A DNA stretch of 32,000 bases from Psychrobacter sp. HD31 (lineage in GTDB: Bacteria > Pseudomonadota > Gammaproteobacteria > Pseudomonadales > Moraxellaceae), in the NCBI RefSeq assembly GCF_051097895.1, contig NZ_CP142525.1:1-32000 (forward strand). Reading direction: 5' to 3'. A model generated the notes under the pieces. That model was not told the origin of the DNA and searched no databases. It saw nothing but the letters and a program-made list of their open reading frames with translations. The position numbers and the translations under genes were made by a program. The first letter of the stretch is position 1. Each line of letters opens with the position of its first letter. Shown in pieces: positions 18,486 to 25,745 of the stretch.

Positions 18486-19874
18486 ATGAAGCAGTCTAAC
18501 AACTTTTCTAATCGGCTTGTTAATTTAAGCAATCAATTAAAAAAACAATTTAAAACACCCCTTAATGCTGCCAATAGAGTGGGTAAAACGGCAAAAGTTG
18601 CAGGTAAATCAGCCATACGTATTGCAAAAGGAGAAAAGCCCAATCCCAAAATGCTGCGTGAGTCTTTTGAAGAGATGGGGACTACCTATATTAAAATAGG
18701 ACAATTTATTGCGAGTATGCCTTCTGTATTCCCTAAAGAATATGTACAAGAGTTTCAAGGATGTTTAGACCAAACGACGCCATTACCCTATAGCTATATT
18801 GAACAAGTGCTAACGCAAGAGCTTACTAAAAACCAGCCATTAACTGCCATTTTTAAGCATATTGACCTTGAGCCAATTGCCTCTGCTTCGATTGCGCAAG
18901 TACATGCAGCAGTGTTACATGACGGCAGAAAAGTGGTATTAAAAGTGCAAAAACCAGATGTTAAAACCATCATCGAAACAGATTTAGGCATGTTGCATGG
19001 CATTAGCCGAGTATTAGAAACCATTTTACCTAGCATAAAAATTGCCAGTATTGCCCCAATTATTGATGAAATACGCGCTCAAATGACGGCGGAAACAAAC
19101 TTTATTAGTGAAGCACAAAATATTGCTGATTTTCATGAGTTTTTGCACAACAGTTATATTGACAGCGTGACTGCCCCCATGGTTATTAAAGAACTAACTA
19201 CCAAACGGGTGCTTACGATGACGCATCTTGATGGGGTTTCTATGGTAGATATTGATGCCATGGCAGAGTATTGTGACGACCCAGCTCAAGTGATGGCAAG
19301 CACGTTAAATACTTGGTTTGCAAGTATCACTGGGGCAAAAAGTTTTCATGCCGACTTACATGCTGGCAATCTGATGTTACTTAAAAATGGGCAAGTTGCT
19401 TTTATTGACTTTGGTATTGTAGGGCATATTAAACCCGAATCTTGGCAAGCCGTGTTTGCGTTAATGAACGCCATACAAGCTGAAGATTATGCGCAGATAG
19501 CGGATGCGATGATAGAAGTGGGCATGACTAAGGTGCGTCATAAAGTTAATAAAGAGCAATTAACTTTGGATATTGAATCTGTAATCAATATGGTTAAGCA
19601 GAATCAAGAGCAAATCCAAATTCAACTTAATGAGAGTATGAGTCAAATAGACCCTACTAACCTTAAGAGCAGCATTAAAAACATGCAACAGCCAATGGAC
19701 GAGATTAACCAACTGTTACTTGAGCTGATGGAAGTTGCAAAAAAACATGGGATACAGTTTCCCAGAGATTTTGTACTGCTTATTAAACAAATGCTATATT
19801 TTGATAGATTTGTGCAAGTGCTGGCACCAGGTATGGATGTATTCCATAGTGAGGCGATTGATATGGTTCAATAA
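18486..19874 (+). CDS. ABC1/UbiB-family atypical protein kinase (AarF domain)
   Basis: 462-aa ORF. YIKIGQFIASMP, IASASIAQVHAA, VLKVQKPDV, HADLHAGNLM and IDFG motifs of the ABC1 family. No C-terminal hydrophobic helices visible. Confidence 0.85.
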   Translation: MKQSNNFSNRLVNLSNQLKKQFKTPLNAANRVGKTAKVAGKSAIRIAKGEKPNPKMLRESFEEMGTTYIKIGQFIASMPSVFPKEYVQEFQGCLDQTTPLPYSYIEQVLTQELTKNQPLTAIFKHIDLEPIASASIAQVHAAVLHDGRKVVLKVQKPDVKTIIETDLGMLHGISRVLETILPSIKIASIAPIIDEIRAQMTAETNFISEAQNIADFHEFLHNSYIDSVTAPMVIKELTTKRVLTMTHLDGVSMVDIDAMAEYCDDPAQVMASTLNTWFASITGAKSFHADLHAGNLMLLKNGQVAFIDFGIVGHIKPESWQAVFALMNAIQAEDYAQIADAMIEVGMTKVRHKVNKEQLTLDIESVINMVKQNQEQIQIQLNESMSQIDPTNLKSSIKNMQQPMDEINQLLLELMEVAKKHGIQFPRDFVLLIKQMLYFDRFVQVLAPGMDVFHSEAIDMVQ

Positions 19875-20198
19875 AATAAACTATAAACTCATTTTTTTGT
19901 ATAAGGTAATACCAATAAAAAAGCTTACGGTTTAAGCAAAGATAAACATTTTACTTTTTTGACTTAACTAGCTATAACAAAGGCTTGAATAAGCCAATAA
20001 ATTGGCTTACATTAAATGGGTGATGATACAGGGCGAAAAGTTTTTTAACCATTTTGATGTGATGGCATTTTTACACACTTTAAATGCTTGTCTAATTATG
20101 TCGGCTTTATTGGTTTGTTTAATTGGCTTGTTTCAAATTCTCCTACAATCGCCTACCTGCTAAATCAAGTTATTGTTGCAATAATTAAGGAATGACTA

Positions 20199-21542
20199 AT
20201 GAGCAGCTTGCCACCTAATATAAAGTTTGAGTCATTTATTAATCAAAGCTTTTTACATAATTTATATCAAAATATGCTGGCAGCTTTAGTTGTTAGTTTT
20301 GTTGCAATTAGTTTGGGTGCTTCTTTTGGAGTGATGTCAGGGCGTGGGGCATTGTCAGGTATGCTGGCAGCCGGCATTATTGCTTGTATTACCTCGCTAC
20401 TTGGTGGGACTCGTATCCAATGTTCAGGACCAACCGCCCCTATGTCAGCAGTTTCTGTTGCTGTATTTTTTGCAGCAACACAATTATCTGCTGATAAACT
20501 GGCAGGCATGACAATTGATCAAGTTTTTAACTTTACGGTCATATTAAGTAGTTTGATTTTGCTGATAGCAGCGATATTGCGTACAGGCAATTTAATTCGG
20601 TTTATCCCACATACGGTAATTTCTGGATTTATGTCAGGTATTGCCATGTTGATTTGGATTGCGCAGATTAAACAATTATTTTTATTGGATGGCACTTGGA
20701 CATTTGGTAAAACTCAAGCACTTAATACAGGGGTTGCGATATTAACGTTGGCAATCATTTTTGGTTTGCCGCGCATCAAGCAACGGCATATTTACCGAGT
20801 GGTGTGGGCAATTATGCCGTTTTTCCCAATGACTTTGTTTGCCATTATTTTTTGCACACTTTTGGTACATTGGCTTGGGTTGCCAATAGCAACCATTGAT
20901 ATTGATGCCACTCTTTTTTCTGGTTCTATTGTAGAGTGGGTTGGCTCACAAATACCCAGTGAGTTTTCATGGAATTTGTTTTGGTTTAGTTTGCCACTTG
21001 CGTTTGAGCTATCACTACTTTGTTATTTAGATACGTTAATGACAGCCTTGGTGATGGATAAAATGAGCCGAGAAAAGACGAAACGTAACCGAGAATTAGC
21101 CGCCCAAGGTGTGGCAAATGCAATAGCGGTGATGTTTGGCGGTTTGCCAGGTGCTCAAGCAACCATACGTTCGGTTTTAATTTTAAAAGAAGGGGCAACT
21201 TCTCGCTTGGCTGGTGTGTTGGTTGGGATATTTGTCATTATCGAACTGTTTGTATTTTTAGACTGGATTAGTCTGATTCCACAGGCGGTTTTTGTTGGCA
21301 TCTTGTTTAAAGTGGGCTATGATGTTTTTGACTGGACTATCGTTAAAGCTGTGTATAAAAAGCTGACCAAACAACCGACAGCGTTCTCTTTTTTTGATTT
21401 GCCATTAATAGTGTTGACTGTGTTGGTAACGATATTTTATAACTTAAGTGCAGCTGCGATTGGTGCCACAGTTTTATTTTATCTGATTCAAAAGTTTAGT
21501 AATAATGTATTACCTGACTTGTATGGTATTGTTGAAGACTAA
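20199..21542 (+). CDS. SulP-family anion permease, transmembrane domain only (no STAS domain)
   Basis: 447-aa polytopic ORF. GGLPGAQATIRSVLILKEGATSRLAG and the N-terminal SulP core pattern. The ORF ends right after the last hydrophobic segment. AAGGAA RBS. Confidence 0.8.
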   Translation: MSSLPPNIKFESFINQSFLHNLYQNMLAALVVSFVAISLGASFGVMSGRGALSGMLAAGIIACITSLLGGTRIQCSGPTAPMSAVSVAVFFAATQLSADKLAGMTIDQVFNFTVILSSLILLIAAILRTGNLIRFIPHTVISGFMSGIAMLIWIAQIKQLFLLDGTWTFGKTQALNTGVAILTLAIIFGLPRIKQRHIYRVVWAIMPFFPMTLFAIIFCTLLVHWLGLPIATIDIDATLFSGSIVEWVGSQIPSEFSWNLFWFSLPLAFELSLLCYLDTLMTALVMDKMSREKTKRNRELAAQGVANAIAVMFGGLPGAQATIRSVLILKEGATSRLAGVLVGIFVIIELFVFLDWISLIPQAVFVGILFKVGYDVFDWTIVKAVYKKLTKQPTAFSFFDLPLIVLTVLVTIFYNLSAAAIGATVLFYLIQKFSNNVLPDLYGIVED

Positions 21543-21619
21543 CCTTTATAAAATGATGCGTAGTGTAATGGTTTAGGAGTAAATGGGTTTTTTAATTGAT
21601 TAAAGAAGGATGACAAATT

Positions 21620-22246
21620 TTGGGTGATTTTTTTATAAAAAAGGCATCAACTTACGATAAAGATAGCAAGCGTGTTGCTAATGTTGATGCTATTGTGGAT
21701 AGTATGCTTAAAAATATTAGCTTCAATAAAAACATGCATCTTATTGACTTTGGCGCAGGTACTGGGTTGTTGTTAGAAGGCATTGCACCATATGTTGCGC
21801 AAATTACCGCTGTCGATGTGTCTGATGCGATGATAGGGGAGCTAAGCAAAAAACAACAAGTATTGTTGAATGAACATGATTGTACCTTGAACATTGTTAA
21901 GGCGGATTTAACCCAACCGATAGACGCCGACTTGGGTTTTAATGCGTTGTTTGATGGGATTATATCTTCAATGACCCTTCATCACATTAAGGATATTCCT
22001 GCTATTTTTTCTCGATTAAAACAATTGATTAAGCCAAATGGTTTTATTGCGATTGCTGATTTAGATACCGAAGCAGGTGATTTCCATACTGAAGACACGG
22101 GGGTGCATCATTTTGGTTTTGAAAGAGATTATTTAAATGAAGTTGCTTTAGCGACAGGGTTTAAAGACACACAAATACACACGGCTAATGAGTTTAAAAA
22201 AAATGGTGTTGGTTATAGTGTCTTTTTATTTGTTGCTCATATTTAA
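21620..22246 (+). CDS. Class I SAM-dependent methyltransferase
   Basis: 208-aa ORF. Motif I LIDFGAGTGLL, acidic post-I VDVSDAM and motif II-like ISSMTLHH. Start is TTG at 21620 with AAGGA 10 nt upstream; the nearby ATG at 21610 is followed by a stop after 5 codons. Confidence 0.75.
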   Translation: MGDFFIKKASTYDKDSKRVANVDAIVDSMLKNISFNKNMHLIDFGAGTGLLLEGIAPYVAQITAVDVSDAMIGELSKKQQVLLNEHDCTLNIVKADLTQPIDADLGFNALFDGIISSMTLHHIKDIPAIFSRLKQLIKPNGFIAIADLDTEAGDFHTEDTGVHHFGFERDYLNEVALATGFKDTQIHTANEFKKNGVGYSVFLFVAHI

Positions 22247-22299
22247 TGCATTTTTTAAATTAAGTATTTGTTTAAAAACATAAAATTTTATATGGTTTT

Positions 22300-22330
22300 A
22301 AGAGGTGTGTTTAATATCACCTCTTTTTTG
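22300..22330 (+). terminator. Rho-independent terminator after the methyltransferase gene
   Basis: AAGAGGTG (22300-22307) pairs with CACCTCTT (22318-22325), followed by TTTTT. Confidence 0.7.
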
Positions 22331-22464
22331 TTGGTTTAAAATTTATTATATTTATCAATAAATTATATAAAAATAAACTACTTTTTTGTAAAGAATAACT
22401 TAAAATATAAATAAATTATATTTATATATCTTATTTCTTTTTTTTCGGGCTTTTTAAAAAGCTA

Positions 22465-22493
22465 TTGACATACTTAGTATTCATTGTTATTTT
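22465..22493 (+). promoter_or_regulatory. Candidate sigma70 promoter of the TRAP/catabolic array
   Basis: TTGACA (22465-22470), 17-nt spacer, TATTTT (22488-22493). Sits in a very AT-rich upstream region and implies a leader of about 100 nt. Confidence 0.4.
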
Positions 22494-22599
22494 TTTATCT
22501 AAATATCCACATATGGATGGTGGTATTTTTCGGGGTCTAAAATCTTTAGGTGCCCGCTTAGGATGCGTTTGCGCATAAATCTATCAAAAGGAATTGATT

Positions 22600-23682
22600 A
22601 TGTCTGTTTTATCATTGAAAAACCTCTCTACAATGGCTGTTTCTGTGGCTATGGCATTAAGCATTACCGCTTGTGGTGGTAGTGAAAAACCAGCAACTTC
22701 AGGTGACGCTAAAGCTGAAGCTGCTGCAGATGCGGTTAAGTTGCGTTTCTCTCACTTTTGGCCTGCAACTTCTTCTATCCAAAAAGAAGTATTTGAGCCA
22801 TGGGCTAAAAAAATTCAAGAAGAATCAGGTGGTCGTTTGGTTGTCGAAATCTACCCATCTGCACAGTTAAGTAAGCCACAAGCAACTTATGATGCAGCTG
22901 TTAAAGGTATGGTAGATATTGGCTCGCAAGCACAAGGCTATACCAATGGTCGATTCCCCCTCACCCAAATTACAGAACTGCCAGGTTTATCAAGCTCAGC
23001 CAGCCAAATGGGTTGTATGATGCAAACCTTATATGACAACGGCACAATTGCAAGTGAATATGAAGATTCTCACTTACTATTTATGTATGGTGCTGGTCCT
23101 GGTACTTTGCACACAACGGATAAATTAATTGAAAAACCAGAAGATATGAAAGGGCTACGTATTCGCCGTCCTTCAGCGGTTGCTGGTGACTTAATTGAAA
23201 GTATGGGTGCGCAACCAGTGGGTATGCCAGCGGGTGAAGTATATACCTCCTTGCAAAAAGGCGTTATGGATGGCTTAAGCTTCCCATGGGAAGCGACTGA
23301 AACATTCCGTATTAATGAAGTTGCCAAAAACCACACGAATATTCCATTTTATAGCTCTGGTTTGATGGTTACGATGAACAAAGCTAAGTACGATAGCTTA
23401 CCAGATGACCTTAAAAAGGTACTAGACGATAACTCGGGTATGGATTTAGCAATGCAAGTTGGTAAGGTATTTGATAAGCACGATAAAGCGGTGATTGATA
23501 AAGTTAAAGCTGAAGGTCATAACGTTGCCGAAATTCCTGATCCATTAAACGACCCAGATTGGGCAGAGCCACTTAAAAAAGGTACTGAAAAATACCTAAC
23601 TGACGTAGCAGCAACTGGTAAGGATGCCAATGCTGTATATGAAGCAGCAAAAGCGGCGAGTGAAGCTTGTAAAGTTAAATAA
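22600..23682 (+). CDS. dctP: TRAP transporter solute receptor, DctP family, predicted lipoprotein
   Basis: DctP-family body (RFSHFWPATSS..., GLRIRRPS..., PWEATETFRINEV). Signal peptide with lipobox ITA-C followed by a Gly/Ala/Ser/Lys linker. I use the ATG at 22600 (AAAGGAA RBS) rather than the TTG at 22594. Confidence 0.88.
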   Translation: MSVLSLKNLSTMAVSVAMALSITACGGSEKPATSGDAKAEAAADAVKLRFSHFWPATSSIQKEVFEPWAKKIQEESGGRLVVEIYPSAQLSKPQATYDAAVKGMVDIGSQAQGYTNGRFPLTQITELPGLSSSASQMGCMMQTLYDNGTIASEYEDSHLLFMYGAGPGTLHTTDKLIEKPEDMKGLRIRRPSAVAGDLIESMGAQPVGMPAGEVYTSLQKGVMDGLSFPWEATETFRINEVAKNHTNIPFYSSGLMVTMNKAKYDSLPDDLKKVLDDNSGMDLAMQVGKVFDKHDKAVIDKVKAEGHNVAEIPDPLNDPDWAEPLKKGTEKYLTDVAATGKDANAVYEAAKAASEACKVK

Positions 23683-23732
23683 CTACTATTAACAGGGCTT
23701 CTTTTAAATAACTACTATTAACAGGGCTTCTT
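23675..23732. repeat. Perfect 29-bp tandem duplication (2 copies)
   Basis: TTAAATAACTACTATTAACAGGGCTTCTT at 23675-23703 and again at 23704-23732. Copy 1 includes the last two sense codons and the TAA stop of dctP. Confidence 0.95.
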
Positions 23733-23769
23733 AATGCTAAGTTCTAGCAATTCTTAAAATAAAATAACC

Positions 23770-23804
23770 ACTTACCTGTATTTAAAAAATATGGGTAAGT
23801 TTTA
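23770..23804 (+). terminator. Strong stem-loop plus short U-tract between dctP and dctQ (candidate partial terminator or attenuator)
   Basis: ACTTACCTGTATTT (23770-23783) pairs with AAATATGGGTAAGT (23787-23800). 14 bp including two G-U pairs, followed by TTTAT. Confidence 0.55.
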
Positions 23805-23859
23805 TGTTGCAAACAATTAAATTTTACTTTCTTTTCTTTTTACTAACTTCGGAGTTAAC

Positions 23860-24384
23860 ATGGATGCGTTATCCCGACTTAGCGAGTTTATTTCAAGGGT
23901 ATGTCAGGTCATTGGTAGTTTAAGCCTTGTGTGTATCATTATGGTTACGCTAACCGATGTTGTCACTCGTTATTTATTCAAAATTACTCAAGGAGCGTCA
24001 AGCTTTACGGTTAAGGGCAGTGTTGAATTGGTATCTTATTTGATGCTATTCGCACTTTTGGCTGCCTTTGTCGCCTTTGTAGAGCGTTCTCAAATTATTG
24101 TAGATGTATTCACTCAAAAAATGCCACATAAAATAAAAGCCCTTTTAATGGGTGTTTTTATGATGGTATTTGCGGTAGTTTCATTTGTATTTGTACTTGG
24201 TTTACACGAGTTAATGCATGATTCAATCGAATACGGTAATGTCACTCAAGATTTAAGAATTTCTATGACACCAATCTATGGATTTGGTGCATTTTTGTGC
24301 TTCCTATTAATGATTCGTTCATTTATTGAGTCACTTAACATTTTTCGTACTGGTGAATTCCACAATGCAGAGGAGGCAGGCTAA
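23860..24384 (+). CDS. dctQ: TRAP transporter small permease, DctQ family
   Basis: 174-aa ORF with four hydrophobic helices. GGAG RBS. Its stop overlaps the dctM start (TAATG). Confidence 0.85.
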   Translation: MDALSRLSEFISRVCQVIGSLSLVCIIMVTLTDVVTRYLFKITQGASSFTVKGSVELVSYLMLFALLAAFVAFVERSQIIVDVFTQKMPHKIKALLMGVFMMVFAVVSFVFVLGLHELMHDSIEYGNVTQDLRISMTPIYGFGAFLCFLLMIRSFIESLNIFRTGEFHNAEEAG

Positions 24385-25676
24385 TGAGTCCAGAGATTAT
24401 CGGTGCTATTGGTTTAGCCATCATGATTGTACTTGTGGTATCACGAGTACCTGTGTCACTTGCAATGCTGCTAGTTGGCGTATTTGGTTTTACAGTTATT
24501 ACAACACCAGCAGCAGGCTTGCAAACGCTTAAAGACTTGCCTGTTGAGGTTTTGGCTAAATATGACTTCAGTGCAATTCCCTTATTTATTTTGATGGGCG
24601 TATTTGCAGCACATTCGGGCATGGCAACCAAGCTATTTGATGCCACCCGCACAATTTATGGTGGTGTTAGAGGCGGTTTGGCAGTGGCAGGGATTGGGTC
24701 ATCAGGCATTTTTGCTTCAATTTCTGGTTCTTCTTTAGCGACAGCTTCTACTATGACTCGTGTTGCGTTACCAGAAATGGAAAAGTATGGCTATAAACCT
24801 GGGTTTGCTTGTGGTGTACTTGCCGCAGGTGGCACTTTGGGTATTATGATCCCGCCAAGTATTGCATTGCTGGTTTATGCCATTTTAACAGAGCAGTCAG
24901 TTGGTGATATGTTTATTGCCGGTTTTATACCAGGTATTTTGGGTATGATTATGTACTCATTGACTGTGCTGATTATGGTACGCTGGAAACCACACCTAGC
25001 AGAAGGCGGACAACCAACCAGCTTTAAAGAAAAGTTTTTGGCATTAACGGGCTTAATCCCATTTACAGTAATCTTTATCATTATTATTGCTGGTATCTTT
25101 TTTGGTTTATTTACGCCAACAGAAGGCGCGGCAGTTGGTGCATTTGCTTCTTGGGTTTATGCAGCATTTAAAGGTATGGGCTTTAAAATGCTTAGTCAGT
25201 CTTTAGTTGAGGCGCTTGCACTTTCGGCTGTTGTATTTTTTATGTTGTTGGGTGCCGAGGCCTTAGGCAAGTTCATTGCTGTTTCTCAACTTTCATATAC
25301 TTTAGCATCTACCATTAGTAGTTGGGCTGTTGCCCCAATAGTTGTTTTAATGTGCATTTTAGCTATGTACTTTGTTTTAGGGTTATTTATGGATGCCTTG
25401 GCAATGTTGGTAATCACCATTCCCGTTGTGTTCCCAATTATTTTACAACTTGGATACGACCCAGTGTGGTTTGGCATCATTGCCGTATTAACGGTAGAAC
25501 TTGGGTTAATTACGCCACCAATGGGGATGAACATTTTTGTTATTAAAGCAATGGCACCACACATTAAACTTTCTGAGATGTTTAAAGGGGTTGCCCCATT
25601 TATTGTTTCTGACTTATTGAGGTTGGTGATTTTAGTTGCATTCCCGATATTGTCATTGGGTTTATTAGGTAGATAG
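24384..25676 (+). CDS. dctM: TRAP transporter large permease, DctM family
   Basis: 430-aa polytopic ORF. IPLFILMG, GGTLGIMIPPS and LITPPMGMN motifs typical of DctM. Confidence 0.9.
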   Translation: MSPEIIGAIGLAIMIVLVVSRVPVSLAMLLVGVFGFTVITTPAAGLQTLKDLPVEVLAKYDFSAIPLFILMGVFAAHSGMATKLFDATRTIYGGVRGGLAVAGIGSSGIFASISGSSLATASTMTRVALPEMEKYGYKPGFACGVLAAGGTLGIMIPPSIALLVYAILTEQSVGDMFIAGFIPGILGMIMYSLTVLIMVRWKPHLAEGGQPTSFKEKFLALTGLIPFTVIFIIIIAGIFFGLFTPTEGAAVGAFASWVYAAFKGMGFKMLSQSLVEALALSAVVFFMLLGAEALGKFIAVSQLSYTLASTISSWAVAPIVVLMCILAMYFVLGLFMDALAMLVITIPVVFPIILQLGYDPVWFGIIAVLTVELGLITPPMGMNIFVIKAMAPHIKLSEMFKGVAPFIVSDLLRLVILVAFPILSLGLLGR

Positions 25677-25745
25677 CTCTAAAAAGGATTCGCAATACCT
25701 AATATCAAATTTGGATTTGGAAGGAATAACATTAAGGATAATATT

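Noticed and set aside
20098-20163. 21-codon hydrophobic mini-ORF (MSALLVCLIGLFQILLQSPTC) upstream of the SulP gene, as a possible leader or small membrane peptide
   Set aside because: It has no Shine-Dalgarno sequence. Its hydrophobicity simply reflects the T-rich 13-bp tandem repeat it overlaps. It cannot be supported without ribosome profiling.
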